NCBI GenBank assembly: GCA_039800005.1
Contig: JBDLRN010000064.1
Span: 5,540-69,539, forward strand
From: Actinomycetota bacterium
GTDB taxonomy: Bacteria; Actinomycetota; Acidimicrobiia; Acidimicrobiales; Ilumatobacteraceae
Reading direction: 5' to 3'
Length of the DNA stretch: 64,000 bases
Part shown: positions 33,002 through 43,906 of the stretch, one piece after another
How positions within the stretch are numbered: position 1 is the stretch's first letter
Layout: each line of letters begins with the position of its first letter
Program-made: the position numbers and the translations under genes
Notes under the pieces: generated by a model
What the model saw: only the letters and a program-made list of their open reading frames with translations
Told to the model about the DNA's origin: nothing
Databases searched by the model: none

Positions 33002-33510
33002 GCGACACTCCGGCCTCAGCCGCCGACGACGAGTCATTGCCCGAATCTCTTCACGGTTGCCCAGTCACGTATTCACGTGACCAGAAGGTCGTTCATCCGT
33101 CGCGTGATCAGTACGTCGTGCTGCTGAAGAAGTTGATCGACGAAGGTTTCACCATGTGCGCCGATCTCACGGCGGCCGACTACCTCACGCATCCCGGGCG
33201 CGCTCTCCCGGCCGGTGTGAACGCCGAGCGGTTCGAGGTCGTGCTCAATCTGTTGTCGATCACCAAGCGTGAGCGACTGCGTGTTCGCGTGCAGGTACCC
33301 GAGTCCGATCCCACCATCGCATCGTGCTTCGACTTGTGGCCGGGCACCGAGGCCATGGAGCGCGAAGTGTTCGACATGTTCGGTGTGCGTTTCGACGGCC
33401 ACCCCGATCTCACCCGCATCCTCATGCCCGAGGACTGGGAGGGGCACCCCTTGCGCAAGGACTACGCCATCGGCCGGATCCCGGTCCAGTTCAAGGGAGC
33501 CCACTCGTGA
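32998..33510 (+). CDS. nuoC: NADH-quinone oxidoreductase subunit C
   Basis: [43 protein letters not shown]. Confidence 0.9.
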   Translation: MSDTPASAADDESLPESLHGCPVTYSRDQKVVHPSRDQYVVLLKKLIDEGFTMCADLTAADYLTHPGRALPAGVNAERFEVVLNLLSITKRERLRVRVQVPESDPTIASCFDLWPGTEAMEREVFDMFGVRFDGHPDLTRILMPEDWEGHPLRKDYAIGRIPVQFKGAHS

Positions 33511-34838
33511 CCGCCGTCGAAAACGTCCGTCTCACGAGCGAAGGCGCGCAGGAGATGAAGCCCCGAAGCGAACTCGGGGCCAAGGAACTGATGCGCGAAG
33601 TCGGTGCGGTGCTCCGTATGAGCGAAGCCGAAGCGGCTCGCCTCGGTGAGTTGCCCGCCGACGACGAAGACCAGACGATGATCATCAACATGGGTCCGCA
33701 GCACCCCAGCACCCACGGTGTGTTGCGCCTCATGCTCGAATTGCAGGGCGAGACGGTTCTGCGCTGCAAGCCGATCATCGGCTACCTGCACACCGGCATG
33801 GAGAAGACCGGTGAGGAACTCACCTTCCTCCAGGGTGGCACCAACGTCACGCGCATGGACTACCTCAGTCCGCTGAACAACGAATTGGTGTTCTCGATGG
33901 CCACCGAGAAGTTGCTCGGCATCGACGGCGACATTCCCGAGCGTGCGGTCTGGATGCGCATGCTGCTCTCGGAGATGAACCGCATGAGCAGTCACCTTCT
34001 CTTCCTCGCCACCAACGGCATGGACCTCGGCGCGGTGTCGATGATGCTCTACGGCTGGCGCGAACGCGAAGAGGTGTTGCGGTTCTTCCAGAAGGTCACC
34101 GGACTGCGGATGAACCACAACTTCATCCGACCCGGTGGGCTCGCCGCCGACTTGCCGCCGGGTTGGCGCGACGACGTGCTGTCGATTCTCGAGATGCTGC
34201 CGTCGCGCCTCGAGGAATACGACGTCCTCATGACCAACCAGCCCATCTGGCGCGAACGCCTGCAAGGTGTGGGTGTCATCACGGCCGAGGAAGCTCTCGC
34301 CCTCGGAACCACCGGCCCGATCCTCCGCTCGACCGGGGTGCCATTCGACCTTCGTCGTGACATGCCGTACATGCACTACGACGAACTCGACTTCGACGTG
34401 ATCGTCGGATCGTACGGTGACGCTTTCGATCGCTATGCGATTCGTCTCAACGAGGTGCGCGAGTCGATCAAGATCGTCCACCAGATCCTCGACCGTATGC
34501 CGTCGGGTGACTATCGCATCCAGAACAAGAAGGTCACACCGCCGCCGCGAGCCCGCATCGACGAGTCGATGGAGGCACTCATCCACCACTTCAAGATCTT
34601 CACCGAGGGCTTCAAAGTGCCCGAAGGCGAGGTGTACGTGGGAATCGAGAGCCCGCGCGGCGAGATCGGTTGCTACATCGTGAGCGACGGAGGCCCCAAG
34701 CCCTATCGCATCCACATGCGTGCCCCGAGTTTCGTCAACATCCAAGCACTGCCGCACATGATGCGCGGTGGTCTGGTCGCCGATGCGGTCGCCGTGATCT
34801 CGTCGGTCGACCCCGTTCTCGGAGACGTCGATCGCTGA
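33507..34838 (+). CDS. nuoD: NADH-quinone oxidoreductase subunit D
   Basis: GTG 33507 overlaps the nuoC stop. NMGPQHPSTHGVLRL. C-terminal DPVLGDVDR. Confidence 0.92.
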   Translation: MTAVENVRLTSEGAQEMKPRSELGAKELMREVGAVLRMSEAEAARLGELPADDEDQTMIINMGPQHPSTHGVLRLMLELQGETVLRCKPIIGYLHTGMEKTGEELTFLQGGTNVTRMDYLSPLNNELVFSMATEKLLGIDGDIPERAVWMRMLLSEMNRMSSHLLFLATNGMDLGAVSMMLYGWREREEVLRFFQKVTGLRMNHNFIRPGGLAADLPPGWRDDVLSILEMLPSRLEEYDVLMTNQPIWRERLQGVGVITAEEALALGTTGPILRSTGVPFDLRRDMPYMHYDELDFDVIVGSYGDAFDRYAIRLNEVRESIKIVHQILDRMPSGDYRIQNKKVTPPPRARIDESMEALIHHFKIFTEGFKVPEGEVYVGIESPRGEIGCYIVSDGGPKPYRIHMRAPSFVNIQALPHMMRGGLVADAVAVISSVDPVLGDVDR

Positions 34839-35452
34839 TGGCCCGCCTCACTGAAGACAACGTCCGCCTGGCGCGCGAGATCATCGCGCGTTACCCGCGC
34901 TCGCGCTCGGCCACCATTCCGTTGCTGCATCTCGCGCAGCAGCAGGACGGGTACGTGACCAACGAGGCCATGGCTCACATCGGCGAACTGGTCGGAGCCA
35001 CGTCCGCCGAGGTGTACGGCACCGCCTCGTTCTACGAGATGTTCAAGTTCGAACCGGTCGGCAAGTACCTCATCAACATCTGCGGCACCATGTCGTGCGC
35101 GCTGATGGGTGCCGAGGAACTCATCCATCACGCCGAGGATCGCTTGGGCGTGAAATTGGGTGGCACCACGGCCGACGGCAACTTCACTCTCGAGCGTGCC
35201 GAGTGCCAGGCGGCCTGCACCGAGGCCCCGTGCCTCCAGGTCAACTATCGCTATCGGTATCGCGTCACGCCCGCCGAGTTCGACGGCCTCGTCGACGATC
35301 TGGCGGCGGGGCGACTCGACGCCGAGATCCCGGCTCATGGCACCGTGGCCCGTGTGCGTCAGCGCGTCACACCCGACCGAATGGTCGGAGCGGTTCCTCC
35401 GGAGGACGTGACCGAAGCACCGGTCTGGATGGACGGGAAGGCGGCACTGTGA
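34838..35452 (+). CDS. nuoE: NADH-quinone oxidoreductase subunit E
   Basis: ATG 34838 (TGATG overlap). CGTMSCALMG...CQAAC 2Fe-2S motifs. Confidence 0.9.
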   Translation: MARLTEDNVRLAREIIARYPRSRSATIPLLHLAQQQDGYVTNEAMAHIGELVGATSAEVYGTASFYEMFKFEPVGKYLINICGTMSCALMGAEELIHHAEDRLGVKLGGTTADGNFTLERAECQAACTEAPCLQVNYRYRYRVTPAEFDGLVDDLAAGRLDAEIPAHGTVARVRQRVTPDRMVGAVPPEDVTEAPVWMDGKAAL

Positions 35453-36855
35453 GCGCGCAGGGCAGTTACGCACACGCACCGGGATTCTTCGTCGGTGATC
35501 GGCCACGGATCGTCACCTCGCGGTTCGAATACGAGGACTCGCACACCCTCGAGCGTTACCTCGCCACCGATGGCTATCAGGGATTGCGACGAGCCTTGGC
35601 GCGCCCGGCTTCCGAGATCCACGACGATGTCAAAGGCGCGACCGTTCTCGGACGCGGAGGCGCGGGATTCCCGGCCGGCACCAAGTGGGGCCTCACTCCG
35701 CAGGGCGTGTTTCCGCGTTACCTCGTCGTCAACGGTGACGAGAGCGAGCCGGGCACCTACAAGGACCGTCTGCTCATGGAGCGCGATCCTCATCAGCTCA
35801 TCGAGGGTTGTCTGATCGCGTGTTACGCCGCGGGTCTGTCGCAGTGCTTCCTCTACATCCGTGGCGAGATGGCGCTGGCCCAAGAGCGCGTGGCCGCGGC
35901 TCTGAACGAGGCCTACGCCGCCGGTTACGTGGGCAAGAACGTGCTCGGCAGTCGCTTCTCGATCGACATCACTCTTCACTGGGGAGCCGGTGCCTACGTG
36001 GTCGGCGAAGAGACCGCTCTCATCGAGAGTCTCGAAGGCAACCGGGGTATGCCGCGTTTGAAGCCGCCGTACTTCCCGGCCGCCATCGGTCTCTACGGGC
36101 AGCCCACGATCGTCAACAACGTCGAGACTCTGGCCAACCTGCCCTGGATCGCGCGCAACGGTGTGGCGGCGTACACCGCCATCGGGACCGCCACGTCGCC
36201 GGGCACTCGCATGGTCGCGGTGTCCGGACACGTGAATCGTCCCGGTGTGTACGAGATCGTCAACGGCACCACGACCTTCCGCGATCTGATCTACGGCGAC
36301 GAGTTCTGCGGCGGCATCCGCAACGGCAACGAACTGAAGGCTTTCGTCCCCGGTGGTGGATCGGCTCCGTGGTTCACACCCGAACAACTCGACCTCCCGT
36401 TCGAAGCCAGCCAGATCGGACCAGCCGGGTCGATGCTCGGTTCGGGCGCCATCATGGTGATGGACCACACCACCGACATTCCGCGCGCCGCGCTCACCCT
36501 CACGCGTTTCTACGCCCACGAGTCGTGCGGCAAGTGCACCCCGTGCCGTGAAGGCGGCACGTGGCTCGAGCGCATCCTGTCGCGCATCGTCGACGGCAAG
36601 GGCACCGATGCCGACATCGAGCAACTGTTCGAAGTCGGCGAGTCGATCTGTCCCGGCGCCTTCCCGCACGCGTCGAGTTCCAAGCTCGGGCTGTCGGCCA
36701 CTCCGTTCCCGTATCGCATGAACACGATCTGCTTCGTCGGACCGTCGGCATACGCGCCGATCCACTCGGCACTCACTCTCTTCCGTGAGGAATTCGAGTC
36801 ACGGGTGACCAAACGCCATCGCATCCCTGTCACCGCATCCGGAGCGTCATCGTGA
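35449..36855 (+). CDS. nuoF: NADH-quinone oxidoreductase subunit F
   Basis: GTG 35449 overlaps the nuoE stop. GRGGAGFPAGTKW FMN/NADH motif. ESCGKCTPCREG N3 cluster. Confidence 0.92.
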   Translation: MSAQGSYAHAPGFFVGDRPRIVTSRFEYEDSHTLERYLATDGYQGLRRALARPASEIHDDVKGATVLGRGGAGFPAGTKWGLTPQGVFPRYLVVNGDESEPGTYKDRLLMERDPHQLIEGCLIACYAAGLSQCFLYIRGEMALAQERVAAALNEAYAAGYVGKNVLGSRFSIDITLHWGAGAYVVGEETALIESLEGNRGMPRLKPPYFPAAIGLYGQPTIVNNVETLANLPWIARNGVAAYTAIGTATSPGTRMVAVSGHVNRPGVYEIVNGTTTFRDLIYGDEFCGGIRNGNELKAFVPGGGSAPWFTPEQLDLPFEASQIGPAGSMLGSGAIMVMDHTTDIPRAALTLTRFYAHESCGKCTPCREGGTWLERILSRIVDGKGTDADIEQLFEVGESICPGAFPHASSSKLGLSATPFPYRMNTICFVGPSAYAPIHSALTLFREEFESRVTKRHRIPVTASGASS

Positions 36856-39224
36856 GCACGACCGAAACCACTCCCGACGAGAATCTCCCGCCGGCCGACC
36901 CCAACGCGGTGCGCATCACGATCAACGGTCGTGAGGTCGAGGCGCGCAAGGGCGAGTGGATCATCGCCGCGGCCGATCGCAGTGGCGACTACATCCCGCG
37001 CTTCTGCTACCACCCGCGCATGAACTCGGTCGGCATGTGCCGCCAGTGTCTCGTCGAAGTCGAAGGGCCTCGCGGTCCGATGATGGTGGTGTCGTGCATG
37101 ACGCCGGTCGCCGACGGCCAGATCGTGCGCACCGACACGCCGCAGGTGAAGCGAGCTCACGAGGGAATCCTCGAGTTGTTGCTCGCCAATCACCCACTCG
37201 ACTGTCCGGTCTGCGACAAGGGCGGCGAGTGCCCACTTCAGGACCAGGCCTTCAGCCACGGGCCGGGGGAGAGTCGCTTCATCGAAGAGAAGCGACACTA
37301 CGAGAAGCCGATTCCGATCTCCGATCTGGTGTTGCTCGATCGCGAGCGGTGCATTCTGTGCGATCGCTGCACGCGCTTCGCCGACGAGGTCGCCGGCGAC
37401 GCTCTCATTCATTTCACGTCCCGCGGCAACAACACCCAGGTTCTCACGTTCCCCGACGAGCCGTTCAGCAGCTACTTCTCCGGCAACACGGTGCAGATCT
37501 GCCCGGTGGGTGCGCTCACTGCGAAGCCCTACCGCTTCAAGGCTCGTCCCTGGGACCTCGACAAGACCGAGAGCACCTGCACCACGTGTTCGGTCGGCTG
37601 TCGCATCACCGTCGAGTCGAGCCGCGATCAATTGCTCCGCTACCAAGGCGTCGACAGTGATCCGGTCAACTGGAGTTGGCTGTGCGACAAGGGTCGCTTC
37701 AACTTCGAAGCCGTCGAATCAGTCGATCGTCTCGGCGAACCACTGGTGTCACGGGACGGAACGCTCACTCCGGTGTCGTGGAGTGTGGCGATGCGTCAGG
37801 CTGCTGCTCTGGTGTCGGCCGCCATCGCCGAAGGCGGTGCCTCGAGTGTGGCGATTCTCGGCGGTGCTCGTGGTACCAACGAGGACGCTTTTGCGTGGGC
37901 GTCGTTCGCCCGTTCCCTCGGCGTCACGCTCACCGACGCGCAACTCGCCGACGGCCTGCCGGCCTCGGTGTTCGGCTACCCGCAGGCCACGATCGACGAA
38001 GCGGCCTCGGCCAAGACGGTCATCCTCCTCGGACCCGACCTGAAAGAAGAGCTTCCTGTGCTGCATCTGCGTCTGCGCGATGCGGCGGAGAAGAAGCGTT
38101 CGCGTCTCGTCGAGTTGTCGCCCAAGGAGACCGGCCTCACTCGGTACGCCTGGAACAGCCATCTGTACGAACCCGGACATCAGGTGGACGCGGTCGACGC
38201 GTTGCTCGACGATCCGAAAGTCGCCGCGCAGATCGCTTCGGGTTCGGTCGTCGTAGTGGTGGGTCGGGCCAATCTGGCCGAAGCACCCGAATTCACCATG
38301 GCCGCCCTGCAGCGTCTCACCAGTCGTGTGCCCGACGCCAAAGTTCTTCCCGTGTTGCGTCGAGGAAATGTGCGCGGCGCGATCCACGCCGGTCTCTCGA
38401 GTTCCGATGCGGTCGGTGTCCTTCAGGCGGCGACCGAAGGTCGAGTCAACTGTCTGATCCTCGTCGGTGCCGATCCGATCGCCGACGTGCCCGACTCCGA
38501 TCTGGCTCGACGCGCCATGGCAGCCGTACCGCGTCTCATCAGCGTCGACACCTTCATGACAGCGTCGAATCAGAATGCCGACGTGATCCTGCCGGCGGCA
38601 GCCTTCGCCGAGAAGGACGGCACGACCACCAATCTCGAAGGTCGCGTCACGCAGTTGGCGCGCAAGGTCACGGTGCACGGCACCGCTCGCCCCGACTGGA
38701 TGATCGCGGTCGAACTGGCCGATGTGTCGGGTGCCGAACTGCCGATCGGCTCGGTGCACGAGGTGCACGACGCCATGGTGCGTTCGGTGCCGGAGTTCGC
38801 CCCGGTGTCGCGCGATGCATTGCGCGAACGTCCCGACGGCATCCTGGTGGCGGCATCCCGCGAAAGCCGTCACGAAATTGCCACCAGAACGCCCAACGAG
38901 CGGGCGGGGTTCGCCTATCGGTTGGTGGTCAGCCGCAAGTTGTACGACGGCGGTCGCAACGTCGAGAAGTCGCCGTCGCTCGCCGGTCTCGCCACTGGAG
39001 CGGCTCTGCACCTCCACCCACTCGACCTCGATCGCCTCGGCGCACCCGAAGGGGCACAGGTCAAGGTGATCAGTGATCGCACGTCCATCGTCATGAAGGT
39101 CGTGTCCGATCCTTCGGTTCAGCGCAACACGGCGTGGGCCCCGTGGAACCAGCCCGGTGCCAACATCGGTGAACTCATCGATGCCACGCGACCGGTGAAC
39201 GACGTGCGAGTGGAGACGCTCTGA
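36852..39224 (+). CDS. nuoG: NADH-quinone oxidoreductase subunit G
   Basis: CYHPRMNSVGMCRQCLVEV, HPLDCPVCDKGGECPLQD, CILCDRCTRF. 790 aa. Confidence 0.92.
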   Translation: MSTTETTPDENLPPADPNAVRITINGREVEARKGEWIIAAADRSGDYIPRFCYHPRMNSVGMCRQCLVEVEGPRGPMMVVSCMTPVADGQIVRTDTPQVKRAHEGILELLLANHPLDCPVCDKGGECPLQDQAFSHGPGESRFIEEKRHYEKPIPISDLVLLDRERCILCDRCTRFADEVAGDALIHFTSRGNNTQVLTFPDEPFSSYFSGNTVQICPVGALTAKPYRFKARPWDLDKTESTCTTCSVGCRITVESSRDQLLRYQGVDSDPVNWSWLCDKGRFNFEAVESVDRLGEPLVSRDGTLTPVSWSVAMRQAAALVSAAIAEGGASSVAILGGARGTNEDAFAWASFARSLGVTLTDAQLADGLPASVFGYPQATIDEAASAKTVILLGPDLKEELPVLHLRLRDAAEKKRSRLVELSPKETGLTRYAWNSHLYEPGHQVDAVDALLDDPKVAAQIASGSVVVVVGRANLAEAPEFTMAALQRLTSRVPDAKVLPVLRRGNVRGAIHAGLSSSDAVGVLQAATEGRVNCLILVGADPIADVPDSDLARRAMAAVPRLISVDTFMTASNQNADVILPAAAFAEKDGTTTNLEGRVTQLARKVTVHGTARPDWMIAVELADVSGAELPIGSVHEVHDAMVRSVPEFAPVSRDALRERPDGILVAASRESRHEIATRTPNERAGFAYRLVVSRKLYDGGRNVEKSPSLAGLATGAALHLHPLDLDRLGAPEGAQVKVISDRTSIVMKVVSDPSVQRNTAWAPWNQPGANIGELIDATRPVNDVRVETL

Positions 39225-40432
39225 TGACTCGAATCCTCGCTCTCGATCCGATCGCGATCGGCGACCTCGTGTGGACGCCGCTTCTCATCATCCTCCTGAA
39301 GGTCGTCGGCATCTTCGTCGTCGGCCTCGTCGTCACCATGTTCATGGTGTGGTTCGAGCGCAAGGCCATCGCTGGGATGCAGAACCGCATCGGTCCGAAC
39401 AAGGCCGGCCCGTTCGGACTCCTTCAGACCCTCGCCGACGGCATCAAGCTCTTCTTCAAGGAAGATCTGATTCCCGATCGCGCCGATCGTTTCGTCTTCA
39501 AGTTGGCGCCGTACCTCGCGTTCGTGCCGGCCTTTCTCGTGTGGGCGGTCATCCCGCTCGGCGGCGATTTCTCCGACGGCAAGGACGGCCTCGTGACCTG
39601 GTTCGGCGAGACCACACGGGTGCAGCTCGCCGATCCGCCGATCGGCATCCTGCTCGTGCTCGCCATGTCGTCGATCGCGGTGTACGGCATCATGCTCGCC
39701 GGCTGGTCGAGCGGCTCGAAGTACCCGCTGCTCGGTTCGGTGCGCGCGTCGGCGCAGATGGTGTCGTACGAAGCGGCGCTCGGGCTGAGTCTCGGCACGG
39801 TTCTCCTCCTCGCCGGCACGCTGTCCACCAGTGGCATCGTCGCCAATCAGGATCGGTTCCTCGACTGGCACGTGGTGTCGACTGGCGTCGTGCCCTTCGT
39901 GATCTTCCTCATGGCGGCCACCGCCGAACTGAATCGCCCTCCCTTCGACCTCGTCGAAGCCGAACAGGAACTCGTGGGCGGCTTCAACACCGAGTACTCC
40001 AGCATCCGCTTCGGCCTCTTCTTCCTCGCTGAATTCATGAATGCGGTCACCATGAGCGGCATCATCGTCACGCTGTTCTGGGGCGGCCCGCAGGGACTGT
40101 TCGACATCCCGGTGATCCCGGGTGCGATCGAAGGCACCGTCTGGTTCATCGCCAAGACCCTCGTGTTCCTCTATGTGTACGTGTGGTTCCGCGCCACGTT
40201 GCCACGGTTCCGCTACGACCAGCTCATGGATCTCGGCTGGAAGATTCTCATCCCAGCCGCGCTCGGCTGGTTCTTGTTGATGGCGGCTTTGCGACTCGGC
40301 CGCGACCAGGACTGGAACGCCGTCGCGGTGGCGGTGGTGGCGGCGGTCGTTCTGATCGCTTGCGCAGGCTTGATCGCGGCCGCCATGAAGGTGAGTCGAA
40401 GCAATCGCGAGCGGGAAGGGGCGATGTTCTGA
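39224..40432 (+). CDS. nuoH: NADH-quinone oxidoreductase subunit H
   Basis: [34 protein letters not shown]. Confidence 0.92.
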   Translation: MTRILALDPIAIGDLVWTPLLIILLKVVGIFVVGLVVTMFMVWFERKAIAGMQNRIGPNKAGPFGLLQTLADGIKLFFKEDLIPDRADRFVFKLAPYLAFVPAFLVWAVIPLGGDFSDGKDGLVTWFGETTRVQLADPPIGILLVLAMSSIAVYGIMLAGWSSGSKYPLLGSVRASAQMVSYEAALGLSLGTVLLLAGTLSTSGIVANQDRFLDWHVVSTGVVPFVIFLMAATAELNRPPFDLVEAEQELVGGFNTEYSSIRFGLFFLAEFMNAVTMSGIIVTLFWGGPQGLFDIPVIPGAIEGTVWFIAKTLVFLYVYVWFRATLPRFRYDQLMDLGWKILIPAALGWFLLMAALRLGRDQDWNAVAVAVVAAVVLIACAGLIAAAMKVSRSNREREGAMF

Positions 40433-41121
40433 TGGGCTACCTCGGAGGATTCCTCGTCTCGATCAGCCAGGTCGGTCGTCGCAACAAGATGACCCGCGAA
40501 TATTCGGGTGGTCGAGAGTTCAAGAAGGGCAAGCCGCATCGCGACGAGAAGGCCCCCAAGCCGGAGCGTCTGCACGGTCGTCACGTTCTCAATCGGTACG
40601 AGGACGGGATGGAGAAGTGCATCGGCTGCGAACTCTGCGCCGGTGTGTGCCCGGCCAAGTGCATCTACGTGCGCGGGGCCGACAACGATCCCGAGAACCC
40701 CACCTCGCCTGGGGAGCGTTTCGGGTTCGTCTACGAGATCAACTACTTGCGGTGCATCCACTGCGACCTGTGCGTGGAAGCCTGCCCCACCGAAGCCATC
40801 ACGGAATCGAAGTTGTTCGAGTTCTCGTTCACCAATCGACGCGACGCGATCTACACCAAGACCGAACTTCTCGTGGGCGACGATGGAAAGCCGCAGCACA
40901 TGCCGTGGGAGGACTGGCGCGACGGCGAAGACCTGCACACGTCGGGTTGGGTGCGTGCCACGGCGCCGTCGGGCGATGCGACGTTCGAGGGAGTCGTGGG
41001 CTGGAGCGGTGAGCTCGGCTACGGTGTTCGCGCCCCCGAACCGGCGCAGGCCGAGCGTGACCGGGCCGACAACGACCCCGCCGAGAACGACCCCGCCGAG
41101 AACGACAAGGAGCGCTCGTGA
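40432..41121 (+). CDS. nuoI: NADH-quinone oxidoreductase subunit I, with acidic repeat tail
   Basis: ATG 40432 (TGATG). [12 protein letters not shown] and [13 protein letters not shown]-terminal [13 protein letters not shown]. Confidence 0.9.
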   Translation: MGYLGGFLVSISQVGRRNKMTREYSGGREFKKGKPHRDEKAPKPERLHGRHVLNRYEDGMEKCIGCELCAGVCPAKCIYVRGADNDPENPTSPGERFGFVYEINYLRCIHCDLCVEACPTEAITESKLFEFSFTNRRDAIYTKTELLVGDDGKPQHMPWEDWRDGEDLHTSGWVRATAPSGDATFEGVVGWSGELGYGVRAPEPAQAERDRADNDPAENDPAENDKERS

Positions 41122-41666
41122 TGGAACTCGTCGTCTTCGTCCTGGCGGCGGCGATGATCCTCGTCGGGGCGATCGGCGTGATCGTGCGCAGCAATCCGGT
41201 GCACGCCGCGCTGAGTCTCGTCCTCACCTTGTTCGGCATCGCGGTGCTCTTCGTCGCCCAAGAGGCTCATTTCCTCGCTGCCGTGCAGGTGATCGTCTAC
41301 GCCGGCGCCATCGTCGTTCTGTTCCTGTTCGTGATCATGCTCCTCGGCGTCGACCGCACCGAGGACATCAAGATCGAGCCGTTCCGTGTCCAGCGTCCGT
41401 TGGCCGCCGTGGTCGGCCTCGGTGTGGTCGGCCTGGTCGTCGCGTCGGTGTCGGCGTCGCGTGACGCCATCGGCACGGGAACCGGTGCCGGTCTCGACAT
41501 CCCCACCGTCACCGGCGACAACGACTCCAACATTCGTCAGATCGCCCGCAGCGTCTTCACCGATTACGTCGCGGCCTTCGAACTCACCTCGGTGCTGCTC
41601 GTGGTGGCCGTGGTCGGAACGGTGATGTTGACCCGCCGGATCAAGAGCGGAAAGGGTCGCTCGTGA
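41121..41666 (+). CDS. nuoJ: NADH-quinone oxidoreductase subunit J
   Basis: Operon position and five hydrophobic segments. Start at ATG 41121, or GTG 41118. Confidence 0.85.
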   Translation: MELVVFVLAAAMILVGAIGVIVRSNPVHAALSLVLTLFGIAVLFVAQEAHFLAAVQVIVYAGAIVVLFLFVIMLLGVDRTEDIKIEPFRVQRPLAAVVGLGVVGLVVASVSASRDAIGTGTGAGLDIPTVTGDNDSNIRQIARSVFTDYVAAFELTSVLLVVAVVGTVMLTRRIKSGKGRS

Positions 41667-41989
41667 ACCCCCTTCTGTCTGCCGCCACACCCACGACCAC
41701 CTGGTACCTCGTACTGGCCGCCGTTCTGTTCGGTATCGGAGCAGTCGGTGTGCTCGTGCGTCGGAATCCCCTCGTCATGTTCATGTGCATCGAACTGATG
41801 CTCAACGCCGTGAACCTGAGCTTCGTGGCCCTGGCCAAGCGCCTGGGCGACATCGGAGGTCAGACCACCGTGTTCTTCGTGATGGTCGTGGCGGCCGCCG
41901 AAGTCGTGGTCGGTCTCGGCATCATCGTGTCCATCATGCGACGGCGCCCCGGAGCGACCGCCGACGACATCGCGGCGCTGAAGGGCTGA
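41663..41989 (+). CDS. nuoK: NADH-quinone oxidoreductase subunit K
   Basis: [11 protein letters not shown]...[11 protein letters not shown] motifs. Confidence 0.9.
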   Translation: MNPLLSAATPTTTWYLVLAAVLFGIGAVGVLVRRNPLVMFMCIELMLNAVNLSFVALAKRLGDIGGQTTVFFVMVVAAAEVVVGLGIIVSIMRRRPGATADDIAALKG

Positions 41990-41992
41990 CCC

Positions 41993-43906
41993 ATGCTCGA
42001 TCTCATCTGGCTCGTTCCTGCCCTGCCGCTGGCCGGCTTCGTGATCATTCTCCTCTTCGGCCGACTCCTCGGTGAACCCAAGGCTGGTTTCCTCGCCACG
42101 GCGATGGTCGGCGGATCGTTCGCCGTCACGGCCGGAGTCTTCTTCGACCTGCTCTCGCGCCCCGAAGCCGAACGTGCTCATGTCGAGAAGCTCTTCACCT
42201 GGATGCCGGTCGGGTCGCTGCAGGTCGACTTGGCCTTCCTCGCCGATCCTCTGAGCATCACGATGGCCCTCTTCGTCACGGGAATCGGTTCGCTCATCCA
42301 CCTCTACGCCATCGGCTACATGCACGGTGACCCGAAGTTCTCGAAGTTCTTCCTGTACCTCAACCTTTTCGTCTTCTCGATGTTGATGTTGGTGCTCGGC
42401 GAGAACCTGCTCGTCACCTTCCTCGGTTGGGAAGGTGTGGGTGCCTGCTCGTACTTCCTCATCTCGTTCTGGCACACGCGTGAGAGTGCGGCCACGGCCG
42501 GCAAGAAGGCCTTCGTCACCAACCGTGTCGGCGACTGGGGCGTCATGATGGCCATGTTCCTGGCCTTCGGTGCGGCCGGCACGCTCAGCTATTCCGGTAT
42601 CAACCACGCCGCCGAAGAGGGAATCATCTCGGGTGTCACCGCCACGGCGATCGGCCTCATGCTGTTCGTCGGCGCGGCCGGCAAGAGCGCGCAGTTGCCG
42701 TTGTACGTGTGGTTGCCCGACGCCATGGAAGGCCCCACCCCGGTGTCGGCGCTCATCCACGCCGCCACCATGGTCACCGCGGGTGTGTTCCTCATGACCC
42801 GCGTCAATCCGGTGCTGGAAGTCGCCTACGACTGGGCGCCCACCATCATCGCGATCGTCGGTGTCGCCACCGCCTTGTTCGCCGCGACCATCGCGGTCGC
42901 GCAGAACGACATCAAGAAGGTGCTGGCGTACTCGACCGTGAGCCAGTTGGGCTTCATGTTCCTCGCCGTCGGCTCGGGTGCCTACGTGGCCGCCATCTTC
43001 CACATGGTGACCCACGCCTTCTTCAAAGCGCTGCTGTTCCTCGGTTCGGGTTCGGTCATCCACGGCATGCACCACGAACAGGACATGCGCAAGATGGGGG
43101 CGTTGCGGGTACTCATGCCGGTCACTGCGTTCACCTTCATCATCGGTTGGCTCGCCATCGCCGGCGTGCCGCCGTTCGCCGGGTTCTGGAGCAAGGACGA
43201 GATTCTCCTCTATGCGTTCGCCGAGAGCCCGATCCTCTATGCGGTCGGAATGGTCACCGCGTTGCTCACCGCCTACTACATGACGCGTCAGGTGATCATG
43301 GTGTTCTTCGGCGAGGCCCGTTGGAACGATCACAGCGAGGAGCACGGCGCGCACGGCGACTTCAAGCCCCACGAGAGCCCGGTCGTCATGTTGATCCCGC
43401 TCGTCGTCCTGGCCGGTCTGTCGGTCGTCGGTGGGGCGATGCAATTGCCGTTCAGCAAGGATCTGCACTTCCTCGAGGAGTGGTTGCATCCGGTGGTCGA
43501 ATTCGGCGAGGCCGACATCAAGGGCACCTGGGCCTACGACAACAAGTACGTCTTGCTCGGCGTGGCCGTGGTGGTGGCGTTGGTCGGCATCGCCGTGTCG
43601 GTCGCCGTCTACGCCAGGAAGAAGATCGCCGCCGTCGAGCCGAAGCTGCTCGCCGACGGCTGGTACTACGACTCGGCCATCGCGCGCTTCATGGGCGGCC
43701 CGGGTCGCAAGGCGTTCGACGGTGTCGCTTGGGTCGACCGCAACGTGGTCGACGGTGCGGTCAACGGTGTGGGTCGCGTCGTGCAGGTGGCCGGTGGCAC
43801 CTTGCGTCGTGGTCAGACCGGCGCGGTGCGTAACTACGCGGCGTTCATCGGTGTGGCGGTGGTCGCCTTGCTGGTCTGGTTCTTCGTGCGAGGGGTGGTG
43901 CTCTGA
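41993..43906 (+). CDS. nuoL: NADH-quinone oxidoreductase subunit L
   Basis: FLGWEGVGACSY, WLPDAMEGPTPVSALIHAATMV. 637 aa. Confidence 0.92.
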   Translation: MLDLIWLVPALPLAGFVIILLFGRLLGEPKAGFLATAMVGGSFAVTAGVFFDLLSRPEAERAHVEKLFTWMPVGSLQVDLAFLADPLSITMALFVTGIGSLIHLYAIGYMHGDPKFSKFFLYLNLFVFSMLMLVLGENLLVTFLGWEGVGACSYFLISFWHTRESAATAGKKAFVTNRVGDWGVMMAMFLAFGAAGTLSYSGINHAAEEGIISGVTATAIGLMLFVGAAGKSAQLPLYVWLPDAMEGPTPVSALIHAATMVTAGVFLMTRVNPVLEVAYDWAPTIIAIVGVATALFAATIAVAQNDIKKVLAYSTVSQLGFMFLAVGSGAYVAAIFHMVTHAFFKALLFLGSGSVIHGMHHEQDMRKMGALRVLMPVTAFTFIIGWLAIAGVPPFAGFWSKDEILLYAFAESPILYAVGMVTALLTAYYMTRQVIMVFFGEARWNDHSEEHGAHGDFKPHESPVVMLIPLVVLAGLSVVGGAMQLPFSKDLHFLEEWLHPVVEFGEADIKGTWAYDNKYVLLGVAVVVALVGIAVSVAVYARKKIAAVEPKLLADGWYYDSAIARFMGGPGRKAFDGVAWVDRNVVDGAVNGVGRVVQVAGGTLRRGQTGAVRNYAAFIGVAVVALLVWFFVRGVVL

